Shown: in pieces, positions 1 through 13,040 of the stretch | How the letters are laid out: every line of letters begins with the position of its first letter | Numbering within the stretch: the first letter of the stretch is position 1 | DNA from: Takakia lepidozioides | Taxonomy: Eukaryota; Plantae; Bryophyta | Reading direction: 5' to 3' | Assembly (NCBI GenBank): GCA_030704615.1 | Contig: CM060733.1 | Location: 32,984,001-33,048,000, forward strand | Length of the DNA: 64,000 nt | The notes under the pieces: generated by a model | Databases searched by the model: none | Told to the model about the DNA's origin: nothing | The model's input: only the letters and a program-made list of their open reading frames with translations | Translations under genes and position numbers: made by a program

Positions 1-518
1 AGGCTTACTCTCTCACAAGCGAAACAGGAAAATGCCAATCCCCTAGGATCTCACAAAGCTCCATGTGGAGACAGCATAACATTTCTTTCTCTCCCACCTA
101 CTAAGAGATTAGAGGGAACTATTGCCTCTTTAGACATTCCCAATCTTGGGCAGATTTGGGACCCAGTAGTGGTTGGCAGCTTACCTCTGAATTCTGTTTG
201 GGGTTTTAATGTGTTCCATCTTGGTTTGTCTCGTAGTCTACTTTGGACTACGCCCTCTTGAAAACTTAAATGGTCGTCAACCAGCTCAAAGTTCCCCAGA
301 GTAATTGCTCTGCTTCACCTCAGGCAGAAGGGGAAAGACAAGGGTAGACTTATAAAGCTCATTTGGTAACAACTTGTAAGGAAAAAAAGAAATTACAGAG
401 AAGTACACATCTTCAAATACAGACTGGCAGGTGCGGTATATGTACATAACCCATTCTGCAACAACCATCTAACCCCTCCCCAACTAATTAATACAGGAGA
501 GGAAAGTCTATCACTGAC

Positions 519-2199
519 CTGTGTAGTAGAGTTGAGCTCCAATGCCAGAATATCTCTATCCACTATGGATAGTACTGCCTGCAACATCTTTGCCGCACAT
601 TTACGATGCTGCCAAGAGGTGCCGGCGGATTGTAAAATTTCCCCACCTGAGCGGAGCAAGCTTAAGCCATAAATGCTCAAAGAGTCAGGATTTAAAGTGG
701 CTAGTGACCTTGCCAGCTGCATATGGGCCACCGTGCGTGTGGATTTCTCTCCTAAAGCAAGTGTAGTGCGATGGCATACTTCAATAACTAAGTCCTCGGA
801 TGCATACTTCCATTTCTCAGACTCAACCAGTGCTTGCATACATGCTGCTGCCCCTGCTGCTATAGGCTCCAACTTCCCTGCAGTGGTGGAAAAACTTCAG
901 TTTACAATTTGAAACTGGAACAAGCACCGGACCAATCTTAAGAATTTAAAAAACACAAGATCTCATACCTGCAATCATGTCAATCAAAGGTTGAGAAAGA
1001 TCCCGGAGAATTTCTTCAGCTTCTTCTGTGGCAGTTACTGAGTCAATTGAAAACCGAGCCACTGCAGTGACCACCTTGGCACAAGCGAGGTGCAGCTGCG
1101 GTGAGCTCCCACTTGCTGACAGAGATCGTGTAAGTGTGACCATCACTCGTGTGATGTGGGGTACAATGAGTTTTCCATGTACCCGTGCAACTTCTTCATA
1201 CAGGAGTATAGCATATGACCGAGACCCACCTGCCTCTCGAGACTCCGATACCTGCACCAGAGGTAATTACATTTCAGCGCAGACCAAACCGAAATTGCCA
1301 AATTGACCCTCATCCGGCTTGAGTCCAACAGGCCATAACCCAGTGAAATTCACTCTCTTATGAAATTAGGAAGCTACCCATCAACCTGAAAGCCTCATTC
1401 AGGAGTCGCAAAGTCCCCCAAATGCATTCCACAGTTGGTTCCTTTCCGGGAACATAGTTTGCCATCTTAACACTGGAGGCAAAACGTGAAAATAGACTGG
1501 CAAAATATAGAATGGATAGGCTGAGGGCTAGTGCTCCGCTCTCAACTTTAAGTTCACACTCTCTCAAAAACACAGCCCCTCAGAAGAATCGGGACAGTCA
1601 ACCCTTCACTGCCAAGATTTCATAGGCAGAATATGATTACCAGGGAATCTGCTATGCAGCACCCATTGCTCCCATCCAACACAGAATCCAGTAATTCAGG
1701 AGGTTATGGAGTGAAGTCCCTCCCCAGTGCATGAGACTTTCAACACTGAAAACAGGTGCGCCTCGTGAGGGTGGATAAACAAGCATTAAGTCGCAAAGAC
1801 TACAGGAGAGCACACCTATTTGGAGGAGGCGGGAGGTAACCAAGGGACAAGAGGACCCAGAGCCCGGCTTGGGTTCCCCTTGGCGGAAGAAGGAACAGAA
1901 TGCTTCGGTTCGACAGCTCAAATTTGCGCACCAATACCATATGGCAAGCCCTATCCTCTGTCGTCTATAAAATTAATTAGCCACTGACAAGTATTCCATG
2001 GCGCGTGCCAATCACCATTACTGGTCACCCGACTCACCTGGGCCAGAAACCGGGGCATGGAGACCTGGTCGAGATGCTCCACAAACTGCTTGAGTGAATT
2101 CATTGCAATGCGCCGGCTCTCTCCATCCTTGTCGAGCTTCGCTAGGTCTTGTTTCACAAGGGGGCTCATGTAGCGCATACCCGCCTCTTCCTCCCTCAT
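519..2199 (-). CDS. SINE1: SINE1/SINE2-like (SUN-interacting nuclear envelope, ARM/HEAT repeat) protein; 5' exons only, gene continues leftwards, probably beyond the window
   Basis: Exons 2199-2038, 1251-969 and 877-519 with GT-AG junctions splice in frame: MSPLVKQDLAKLDKDGESRRIAMNSLKQFVEHLD..FLAQ|VSESRE..YAILLYEEVARVHGKLIVPHI..LHLACAKVVTAVARF..|GKLEPIAAGAAACMQALVESEKWKYASED. This matches the plant SINE1 N-terminus as I recall it (LRQELANLDKD.ESRK.AM..LK; LYE.LARVHG; GAALCLKALVDSDNW.FASD). Downstream exons were not located in 1-518. Confidence 0.85.
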
Positions 2200-5100
2200 T
2201 TCCGCCTTCCCTTTCCCTCTCCCCTTCTATTCAAGAGTTGTAGGAAAAGCGGATATTACTTGGAAGCGCAAGTGAGCCCCATTCAGAGAAATGTGTCTGA
2301 ACGCCCAAATTGAGTATAAGCCACGAAGGTGGCAGCCAACCACTCGACGAGTCAGATAGATGTAGCCTTCCGCATTAGAGCCTATAGACCACCATACACC
2401 TGCAAGGAGAAGGTGCAACACGGTAAGACTCCGCTCTTCAGCATTGAAAGAAAATGGTCGTAAGTGAAATTTAAAAAACGAATCACTTCTCATTACCATT
2501 CTCCTTTAGATTCTCAATCTGCTTTCGGCTTCTCCTACTGGAAACCGTGCATACAACGCACAGAGAAAAACACAGGAGCCCTTGCCAAGACAAGAGACAG
2601 AAAGGGCAGGGACTATACGAACTCACAAACGAAGAACCGGCAGCGGCTCCAAACAAACAAGAACACTCATAGCGATAGACTGAAAAGGAACTGTAGATGA
2701 TTTTGTAAAAACATGTCTAAGAAGGGCATAAATGCAAGAATTCTGCAAAGAAGTACAGAAATCACTGCAAGTGAAGAATAGAAGAGAAGGGTGGGGCACA
2801 GAACTCCAGGTACCTGCGTGCGCGAGGAGGAAATGGGGACGGGGGAAGAGGGAAGAGGGAGGGCGATTGTCCGTTAAGCTCTGGAAAGGAAGCGCGAGGG
2901 ATACAAAGAGGGAAGCCGAGGAACCGGCGAGACCGCGCGGCGGAGACAACCGCGCGCCGCGCGGTATCCCCCGCACCGTATTATCGTACCGTATTCGTTC
3001 TCCGTATGTAGCTGCGCGTACCCTCACGGGAGCCGCGCGGCGCGCCTGACCAGGAAACAACCGTGGATGGTAAGCCGCGGGTGGCCGCCGTTCACAAACT
3101 GGGCGCCGCGCGGTCAACCGTAACCGTGGTTGGCTGCACGATGAACTACGTCGCGAAACGGAAATACGACACGCGGATCGACACCTCGATACCTGCCAGC
3201 AGGTTCGGCTGTAACTTGCGGGTAACGACACCTGCGGGCAGGTTCGTCAGAGGTTCGGCTGAGCTGTTAATGAGGTTCAGCTGAACCGGGCCTGTTAGGG
3301 TCGGGTGATTGGCAGTTAACAAGGAGCTGAACCGTGCTTAGCACTTGGATGAATTTTGATCGCCAATTATCATTCAGCTTTTGTTATGTGCCCGGACAGC
3401 ATTCATCATGCACAAGCACATGGGTGATGGATTCGATTTCATGGATGAACGCTCTCTATTGTAAGAATCATCGAGTCCAACCGACGGAAGGAATATGCAC
3501 AACCATCACGTTTACAACATGTTTACCGTCCTTTGTCACGATATGCGGCCTCCAAGGTAAATCATTCGAATCGAAGGTGGACTTGAGGGAGTTTTGATTG
3601 AACCACCGTCGGATCCGAGCAATTGTTATACCGTTACCAAATCACAAATTACTGGAATTTTAGTGGGTTGACAAATTGGATCTCCAAAGTGGTGATGTAG
3701 CACAATTAAGGTATATAAACATAATGTCTAATTAAACTTTTCATCCATATCCAATTTTACTTTCTTCACATTTCAAATTCTTGGCTTTCCTTTATTTTGT
3801 AGTTTGCTTTTAGTTCTTAACTGGACCGTGTCTAACATTTGCTCAGTTCAATGCTTCTTTGTGATCAAACGTACATAACTCCATTGAGTGAACACCCCAA
3901 GTGGTTTCTTTTGTAGTTGTGATTGCACCCTAAATGAATGTTAGAAGACACAAGTAGAAGTATTGTAACATATGTTTGTAAAATTTACAACAAAAAGATA
4001 ACGAGCATATTTCAACCAATTGCGACCACTAATTTTAGCTTGCGACCACATTATTGATGTCATTAGAAAGCCCTCAATAACTATGGTTTCATACTTGTCA
4101 TTATTGTAAGTTATTTTCATCACTTTTAGTTAAGTTGCTTTTTACTCTTGATTAGGTTGAACTTCTCAAGGTAAAATTTCAAACTAATTTTTTCTTTTTT
4201 CTTTTTTCTTAAAAATTATGAACAGGGGACAGAGGCCCTGGTAGAACTTTATTAAGATTACTAAGCACTTACAGTGGAATTTTTTTCAATGGGATATTGG
4301 TACATGTCCTCAACGACACATGCTACATTTAGTTTTGAATCTAGACTGCGAAATGACTTTAAGCAATATCACCGCGGGAACTTCAAACCATAATATTATA
4401 TTGTATGATTGATATTTTGTTTGGCCCTTGCTTTTGAATTTTCTCAAAATTAGAACTAACATAAACATTTCCCTTAGACTTCTAGAAACATAAATTGATA
4501 ATATCATATGATCTGAAGGCCGTTCCAAGCCTTGATTAAAGCAACGAAATTCTTGATGTGAATCTCACCGTCTGAACTGACAACAACATACATATTTGTG
4601 TATCAAAAACAGAAACGAAGAGAAAGATAATGCAATGATCAAAATAAGCATATTTTTGTCCGCTGTGATCGCTAGGAGATATGCCAAGATGCCAATTGCA
4701 TTTGTAGTAGCCATCCTAACCCTAGTTGCACACACCATGTCACGTCCATTTTGTTTGGATAATAATAAAAAGATATGGGGATAAAAATAATTGTCAAATC
4801 AGCATGGAAACTAAAATCTTGATTCGCAGTTTATATTAGGCTGCCAATCCAAGCAAGGCTGGTTCCGATTGCGATGTCGGCAATTACGACGAGTGTCCCT
4901 ATGTCTCAGCAGCAGATGTACGATTGCCAAACTCCGACATTTTTGGGGAATCATATTTTACCATAAATTGGTGATACCGCTATTAAGTCTTGCGGTCGCA
5001 TGTAGTTATTTATTTATTTTACTAGATATGAATGCCAGAATTGGCAATCGGACCTATTCTTGAAGAATTTTTTTATAAAAAAATCTTAATTTGTTTTTAG

Positions 5101-7216
5101 TCATAAATTGATGTGTAATATTTTATTTCTTTAATAGCTACGACTGCCAGAATTGGCTGACATCTAATTACAATATGTTGTTGATATTCCATCAATACTA
5201 CTAAGAAATCAAATGCGTGATATGAATATTCATTATCGTCAGTGAATTATCACTTTGCGAGCCCATAATCACAGCATGAAGCGGACAAAGACGTCCATCC
5301 ACCTACATATTCATCAACAAAATGCTTTACCTACCTTCCTACCAGCATTAATGATGAAGAAGGACAAAATGTTGCATTTTCTTCAAGCCAATCGTTCCGG
5401 TATCATACACAGGCTTGCAACAGTAATACAAACAAAGCTTAAAGCCATTACCACAAAAAAATTAGAAATTTGCATATTGAATATTCATTCATCAACCATT
5501 ACGAACCCATATTGAAGGTCATCTCAGTGACCTCGTCCGACTGCTTCCAACATATCGGCGGGGATGTCGCATTAAGGATGCGTTACGAGCCACTGAATTA
5601 CGTGAATACTACCATATTCCAAGTCGAGGAAATCTTGTCGCGGTTGTGTAGAGTGAACATTGTCTGTAGCACACAAATTACAGACTATAGTTGGACGAGT
5701 CAGTCATAAATTGATAACATCATATGATTTGAGAGAGGCAATGAGTGGGTCGTCTTCTTTAAAATGCCACTAGAAATCTGTCTACGATTTTCTCGTAGAC
5801 GTGCAGCACCTGTCAAAGAACGTCTACCTAAAGCATAAAGCTCTTTATCGTTTCTCCTCTCTCGCACTTTGCTCTCCTGCCCCACTCCAGGTATCTCCCC
5901 CCCTCCCCCCCCTCCCTCCCTCCCTCCCTCCCTCCCTCCTCCCCCCATCTTTCTATCTATCTTTGAGTCATTTCTTCTTATTTGGTTTTGTTGGGGTTAT
6001 TGAGCCTCTTTTGGCGTCTGCTGTGGCAGGTCACGCGCGAGAGGGAGCGTCTGATAGGCGACTTTATGTGGCAGGAGAATTGCGGAAGAATGACAAGAGC
6101 TAGCTGATGGTTATGGTCCATGATATGGATCAAGGAACCTGGAAGTGGTTGCCCTCAGGTCCCACTTCACGATGCAGTTCTATCTATTTTTCCTTTCAAC
6201 CCAATTTACGCACTGTCAGCTAGGTTTTAGCCATGTATTGTTGGCAAAGACCCCCACCCAACCTCAAGAATGAGATGAATCTCTTTATCTGCCTGCGTTA
6301 ACCATCTTTTCAATCATGATATCATTTGTTGGGCTCTGTAATGTTTCTCCTCCTCTACTGATGCATGTGTGTCTCCGCTCGTAGGACGACTTTCCTCCAC
6401 TCGCTGGATCATCATCGAAGTCCTCAGCAAAACCACCCAAAGTAAGTTTATCATTCAAACTTCCTGCGATGGAAGGGCACATATTGGGCTTGCAAGTGCA
6501 AATGGCCGATTTGAGGAGCATATCAAGTCGTCAATGCAAAAAGAACCTCGTCACATATGCGGATGAAGTCCTTAAGTGGACAGTGAGGAGGCAGGGCCAC
6601 CAAGCGGGGGATGCTTCCGCGTGAGCGCAGCCAGGCTCACACCACGTCAGCAGTTATTGCCAGGTTGGCTCACAGGTCTGACGCCATGTCAGCAGACCTT
6701 GCCAGTGTGGTTGACGCCACGTCACGTGAAGCCACATCATTTCCATAGGCGCGAACCTATAATCGTGGACTGAATAGGCAAAAGAGGGCCTATAGCCGCG
6801 GACTTGCGCATTCGGCACATAGGGAACCATATGTGGGCGATGAGGCGAAGTGCATAAGAGAGTTTATACTGAATGTTGCTGAATGATTGTGTTTGCAGAA
6901 ACCGAATATATAAGAATGGTTGTGGATGAATTAATGAGGATGAAGGAGAGTCAGCACGCTCCGAATATGGATGAATGTGGATGAATGGGAGTGGATGAAT
7001 GTTGAATGAGGATGTCATTCTAACATTTATTTGAACCAAGCACAACAATCAATGTCATTTGCACAAACATCCCAAATTGGAGAAAATCCCTCATGAAGCA
7101 CATGATAAGATTTAATCCATGATGTCTGCCATTTGGGGAAAGGTAGACTGATGAAAGCAATGTAGAATAAGACAACATAGCAGATGTGAGACAGATCTTT
7201 GATTTTTTTATTTTCT

Positions 7217-7671
7217 CCCACTGGTTACTACAACATTCCACTGTGCAACACGCTCCACTTTCGCTTTCATCTTCAGTGTCGACACATTGTGAGCCATTTC
7301 AGCACCATACTTCCTGCAACACACCACATCACCACCCTAAACTGGCACTGGACTGAAAATGCGACCTAATCGCCTTACTAGTGAGGTACAATCTGCTCAT
7401 TTTTCCTGAGAGAGCACTGAAATTTTCAAGCTTATTCATTAGTTGTATACCCATTAGTTGTAACAACATATTAGAAGATGAATTTGGCTATCGGTTGTGC
7501 ATGAGGAGGAGTTCTAGGTCTTTCACATTGTGCACCAAAAATTTGACGAAACCACTAGGCAGCACATGCTTTGTCTTCTTGTTTGACCCGTGACCAATGT
7601 TTAGATATTCGTGTGGTGCCCTTGAAAATATGAGGCTAAGCATGCATGTTAACTTTGCTCATGCAGCTTTC
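7217..7671 (-). pseudogene. RPL32: Captured fragment of 60S ribosomal protein L32 (eL32), two partial exons with intron
   Basis: Minus-strand translation [45 protein letters not shown] (to 7492), then after acceptor ttgcag (7313) KYGAEMAHNVSTLKMKAKVERVAQWNVVVTSG. This matches the eL32 C-terminal half. It has a frameshift, a stop and a donor mutated to AT at 7491. Confidence 0.9.
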
Positions 7672-8111
7672 TAGAATGATGTGAAATCCATACTGTAATG
7701 AACAACTGCTTGGAGTACATTGTTGTCAATGCATACAAGCCAACACACTCAATTTTGGAGGGCCACAAGTGAAAAATTTAAATAAAAAATAAATGTTTGT
7801 TTTTTTTTTTTTTTTTTTTTGGGTTTTCCCTCCTTTCCTGCCTAGAACTGAGTGCGTCAACGTACCCAATTTCTTCACTCATAACAGTGCTCCGTAAACG
7901 CATTCATTTTTTGAAGTTTGAAAGACGTCTCTCACTACTCAGACTTCCCAGACTTTTCTTCATAGATTAGATAAAGCAGAGACCAAAGGATGAGAAAAGG
8001 GCATTGAAAGAACCTCAGAGGGCCACCAACGCAGCTGTGGTTCGTCCCCCTTGAGTCATGCTTATGATTGGACGTCGTAGCTTCGGTACCACTAGTCCCA
8101 CTAGTCCCATT

Positions 8112-8600
8112 CCTCAGTACAGATTATCGTTTTTATGACTGCAAATATCACTACATTTGCAGTGATAAGTGCGATTATGACTACATCACTCTGCAGTGAC
8201 AAACATGAAGTCAGTTCTACCGTCACTGCGGAGTGATAAGTGCGAAGTGATGGTCGTCACTGTAGACGTGGCACCTGCCAACGACTCAGAGTGACGTGGC
8301 GTGTAGTGTTGTAGTCATAAGTATACGACTACAAGGCTACGTGTCATGACTACACTTACGACTACGTCACTACAGATAAGCGCCAACATGAAGAGGTCTC
8401 TCCATGACACGCGTGACCCCCGGATGTAACTAATCGAATAAGGACACGTGTTAGATGACCTACCAGAAGCAGTACAAACCTATAGTGATGGAGTCGTATT
8501 TGTAGTCATGAAATATGCCACATGCTACCCTCACTGATGTAGTGAGTAGTGATATAGTCATAAGTGTAGTCATAAGGTACAGTCGTGTATGTCGATGCCT
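8112..8600. mobile_element. CACTA-family terminal/subterminal fragment nested inside the MULE
   Basis: 8112-8215 (cagtacagattatcgtttttatgactgcaaatatcactac...atgactacatcactctgcagtga) aligns colinearly with the CACTA left end at 51091-51200. It is followed by many ATGACTAC/GTAGTCAT motifs. Confidence 0.7.
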
Positions 8601-9279
8601 GTGCAAGACAGTTTTGGTATATCTAGTTGATTTCAACCCAGTAGGTGAGAACCCCACAGCTAAGGGGTTACATCAGACACAGATATGTCCCAGCTGTAAG
8701 GTCCAAAAGAATACACAATTATTACCTCTTGCTGTCTTTTTTATATGGATACATTTTCTTCTCTTTGATACCTCAAAGTACATTTTGACTCGTCTTTTCA
8801 CTTGGGTTGGTACAGGCACATAACTGCTTAACAACTGTTTTTGGAAGACTCTTTAACGATATGTCAGCTTTTCAAATATCTGGGTTTAGGCTCAACCTTC
8901 CATATTAACGGTTTGGGACATAGAAGACGATGACAGGATGGCATCGTTAGTATCGGTGCGAACTCTAACGGTGTAGAAATGTAATCCCCACTGTCGTTTG
9001 TAACAAGAATCCACACACAAGTCGTGGGACTATGCACTTTGAGGCTTCCAGTGGCTCAGAATTTCTCGTGCACCAGCATGGGTTCCTCTGAAGCGGAGTT
9101 TTACTCTGTCGAGAAACCTGTCCATTTCTTGAATGATGCCGATGACAATGGTTTTGCAATTGCGGAGGAACATCTCCTAGCAACATGTTTTGAGTACCAG
9201 ATTGGCATTGTCTTCCTCGAAAAAGAGGTTTACGGTATCGACGGGAAGTTGATCAAATACTAGCTCTACAACAACACAC

Positions 9280-10640
9280 GAGATACCGGGAGTTCTTGCG
9301 GGGTGGCGTTGGTGGTAATGGTCTCGACAAGTCTAAGTTGATGTTGCAAGCTACAAGAAGATCGGGGGATCCCAACAAGATAGCCAGGGCTGTCAGCATG
9401 TGTGCGGAGGGAACTCCTCTGGTGTCCAGAGTTCCGCATCTGGAGGGCGAGGAGAGATTCGGCTCTTGTAAACGAAAATTGAACACCCCTCCTGGTTCGG
9501 ATGCAGACTCGCACAGGCCGGACAGGGACAACTTCTCCACTCCGCGTGTTCCATTGCATCAGAGATTCGTTTCCGGAATGTCCAGTGCGCAGGAACCTTT
9601 CTTACAAAGCCAGACCCAGGCATCTCCCACTGTCAGTGCAATGGGGTGCAGGAGTCGAACGTCCTCCCCAATGTGGTGGAGTCCATGTGCCCTGACGAAG
9701 TATGGCACATAGAACGCACTAGTGTTGGGTCTCGAGTGAAGTGCACAGCAATCAGAGCCACCAATCGTGAGAAGTGCAAGTCCTCCATATCCAGAGGCAA
9801 GGTCCGCACTCCAGCTCCGACCTTCACTAGTTTGTTCCAGCCTTACGGGCAAGCAGAGGCGAAGAACCACAAATTTTGGTCCTGCCCTCACGAATGTGGT
9901 AGGTGCGTGCGTGGGACTGTGCGACCATTGGTGGTCATGAAGCCTCCTCCACCAAGCGTTTGGCCTGTGAAGGTGGGGACACATCTCACAACTCAGGAGA
10001 TTGTCATGTTGGAGGAGGCAGGCTTCCCCCTTCAGCGAGCCCCCTCTGTACATGCAGGTGCTTCTACTTTAGCAAGTTCGAGTGCCACCACCCAACGCTG
10101 ATGCATGGCCAACAAAACGAAATGGGAAGCTGGTTCGTCGTTTCCCTTCGACTGCCGAACACTTTGGCAAGGTGGAATCTCGAATGCCACCACCCAACGC
10201 TGATGCATGGCCAACAAAACGAAATGGGAAGCTGGTTCGTCGTTTCCCTCCGACTGCCGAACACTTCGGCAAGGTGGAATATCCGCTCGAATGCTTCAAG
10301 GTCGTGTTACAGGCACTACGGAAGTTCCACATCCCAGATATGGACGAATCTACACTATGATGACCTCCACATCCGCTATGCATAACCGATTGTACGACAT
10401 CACAGTTTCAAATTTCCCCAACTGCACCTATCCTGATTTTGTTGACATGCTTACAACAAGTTTGGGAAAGACAAGAAAATTTATACCCTGCAAGCATCTG
10501 CATTTTATCGTCTTGAACAGAATGGTTTGTGACGCGACATCTTCATTCACCAGGCCACCATGAGTTTCAACGAGGTGAATACACTTATGTAGCGGGATAG
10601 GAGCACATAGCATCCTCTTCACTTTGGTCATCTGCAAATT
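9280..10640 (+). pseudogene. Degenerate SWIM zinc-finger transposon protein (C-terminal part of the MULE gene)
   Basis: Frameshifted ORFs 9296-9712, 9646-10101, 10082-10360 and 10207-10563. They end in YDITVSNFPNCTYPDF...FIPCKHLHFIV, a SWIM CxC..CxH motif with one Cys mutated to Tyr. No MULE DDE core was seen. Confidence 0.65.
10078..10280 (+). repeat. 102-bp in-frame tandem duplication (2 near-identical copies)
   Basis: Units start at 10078 and 10180 and encode (V/M)PPPNADAWPTKRNGKLVRRFP(S/P)TAEHFGKVE twice. Confidence 0.95.
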
Positions 10641-11229
10641 CCATTACTGGATTTCACAAGAGTTGAAACTTGAACTTGATGTCCCTTCGTATATTTGATG
10701 CCAATGCAGCCTCCAATTATGTTGTGCAATGTGTGCCATTTCTTTCTTGTGTGTAGTCGTTCGAAAATAAATGGAATGGATGCGAATGCTTTCACAAGTC
10801 GTTCCCGTATTTTAATTTTTGGTGTTTTGGATGAATGAATGCCACAGCTATAGGCCCCTCGGCTATAAGTGCTATATGTTTATGATGACATGGCATCTGG
10901 CAAGTTGTCCAGATGCCACGTCAGCCGGATATCGACTTGTCAGCAGGCCCTCGCCACGTCAGCCTCACGCTCATCATGATCACGCCACGTCAGCGTGACC
11001 CTACGCTCATGCCACATCAGCTGGTGTGAGCTTGCGCTCACGCCACGTCACCATCGCGTGAGTGTACATTCTCACGCTCACGCTCACGCGGAAGTCACGT
11101 CCCCACCAGGCAGGGGATGACAAGCTATTGTACCATCTTATCTTCAAGCAAGATGTCGAGGTAACCTTCTTTTCTTTCTTTTCCTTCTCTCCATCTTTGG
11201 TTTTAGTATTTGTTTTTTTCTAAAGTCAA

Positions 11230-11289
11230 GAGATTCGTATTGAGTTGGCCACTGACACGCCAATCTTTCAAAGACCCTATAGATACAGT
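11230..11289 (+). mobile_element. 60-bp isolated Ty3/Gypsy RT fragment in an intron
   Basis: Encodes EIRIELATDTPIFQRPYRYS. By manual count it is 50/60 nt identical to the reverse complement of 33818-33877 (EIRIDLASDTPIFRRPYQYS). Confidence 0.85.
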
Positions 11290-11905
11290 TGTCTTGCAGG
11301 TGGGGGCCGAGATATTGAGCTAGCCTCCTCGGAAGTACAAAAAAATGTCAAGAGACTGGTTCTTAGCACGAGATTCAACGCCCCATTTCCAAACGCTCAA
11401 GGCGTTGGATCAGGCCGTCAAAGATTGTGCTGGTGCGTTGAGGGTCCTCCCCGACTTACAGGCTACACTTCCGGATCAAGCAAGGGTCATTTTTGCCTAC
11501 AACATCTTCAAGGAGCGGTTTTCCTGCTCATCCAGTATTGAGGATGTATGGTAAGAATAGGGTTGAGGATATCACGGTCATAGGGGGAGAAGGACCTCCC
11601 GATGAAGGAGGTTCGGCAATGTTTTTTAAAATTACATATTGAAAGGCAATGTTTTGCGAATGGTAGGGTGGTACTACTCTGTACAATGGGGGCCCATTAC
11701 AGCCTACCAGCCACTTGCAAAATCCACCCCCACCCCCAATCCCAAACGAAATGAGGAATGATGCATTCTGGGAACGATTGATACAGAATAGAACAAAAAA
11801 GAGGGCACAATGGGGTTTTATTGATCCACATGAATTGTATTTGAAGCACGTCTATTGTGTTGATGGTGCAAACAAATCTATAGCCCTATGCCTTCTAAAT
11901 ACAAG

Positions 11906-13008
11906 TCATGTTGTCAATGGAACTTCGACTGCTCTGAAAACTAGCTCATGAGTCATCGGGCTCCTCCAGATAAACTGGATTGCAGCCATTGTACCGCCCC
12001 TGTTGATGTTCACCACGATGTCGTGCCCTTCAATCATACCACCATCGAATATGGAAAGCTTCACTTTTTCGTTCTCCACACCAATGCGAATGTCCCCATA
12101 CAATGGAGAAGAGGAGTGCACTCCTTCAGGAGTATACGTCTCTCCGATGGATTCCACCCACGTCCACTGGCAGCAGTTCCACCGAGGTTCCACCGCAACA
12201 GCATAACAGTGCGCATTCTTCTGCATGGGTGCCCGTTGTAGCTGGGAAAATCGGAATCAATGATGCGCAGGAGCCACGGACTCCTTAGACCAAGATCGTC
12301 AACCCACTCGAAGGCGTAGTAGCCTGGGATATACTCAAAAGCTGACAATGTTTCCACATTCGCCCCACTATCTTCTATGGAAACTGTGTGCCAGATAACG
12401 ATGTCTCCCGATGTGGCCGAATACATTGCATAATCGAAGCCTCCATAAGGGCAGTCGTCATGGTTCCGCAAGCACGACATCCTTGCAAAGGAGGTCCTGA
12501 GGACGTGTTTGATATCGATGACAATGACCTTTCAGACAGCAACGAAGCCATTTGATTTTCGAAATGATGAGAAGCGGAAGAGCAGTGCGGGCTCCAATAA
12601 TAGAGCATCTGGGTCCCACCTACCCACCAATTATCGTGGAACATGTTCATCACGCCAGTGGCGGATGAACCGCTTACTCTTTCTCATCCAAGGGGAATAG
12701 TCGGCCATCTGCCACCGAAGTCCATCCCCCGGATGGAAATTCAGCGCCGCATTTACATCGAAGGGGAGATGGATGAAGTCATCTCGAATGGCTATAGGCC
12801 CACCTGGCACTTCCAGCCCATAGTTTGCATGGCACGGAAGGAAACTGAAACGGCTACATTCACAGAGCAGCCAATCTTCATCCGTGCAGGTTCTTGTAGG
12901 GGGGAAATTTAAATGTGCCCTGGAGTGTAAGTGAGGAATTGCACCATTTGCAAATACATTGTCATGTCCTTGAACTACTTCTAGCCACCGCGCTGCTGCC
13001 TCCTCCAT
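11906..13008 (-). pseudogene. Intronless pseudogene of an unrecognised family (RWNCCQW / YGDIR / DGGxIxGHDIV motifs), copy A
   Basis: ORF pieces 13008-12631, 12480-12061 and 12226-11906 join across in-frame stops and an 11-bp micro-duplication frameshift (gttccaccg x2, 12176-12195). Homologous to copy B. Confidence 0.65.
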
Positions 13009-13040
13009 CCGGGAGCTGCTGTCATTGAGCGTACTCTGCT

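Larger units (their letters stand above)
6606..11102 (+). mobile_element. Mutator-like element (Pack-MULE-type, non-autonomous or degenerate)
   Basis: Imperfect TIRs: left GGGGGATGCTTCCGCGTGAGCG, right (reverse complement) GGACGTGACTTCCGCGTGAGCG. 9-bp TSD CCACCAAGC (6597-6605) / CCACCAGGC (11103-11111). GCCACGTCAGC subterminal repeats, an internal SWIM zinc finger, and the host reading frame is restored on excision. Confidence 0.85.
6385..11554 (+). pseudogene. Host gene of unknown function interrupted by the Mutator-like element
   Basis: The exon starts after acceptor cgtag|GAC at 6385. Removing 6606-11102 and one TSD copy restores an open frame (DDFPPLAG...VLKWTVRRQGHQA-GDDKLLYHLIFKQDVE) ending at donor GAG|GTAACC (11160/11161). 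The next exon follows ttgcag at ~11300 and has an in-frame TAG before MSRDWFLARD...EDVW*. Confidence 0.6.

Noticed and set aside
2623-3284. ORFs of 202, 105 and 73 aa upstream of SINE1
   Set aside because: GC-rich promoter/5'UTR sequence with low-complexity translations and no recognisable motifs.
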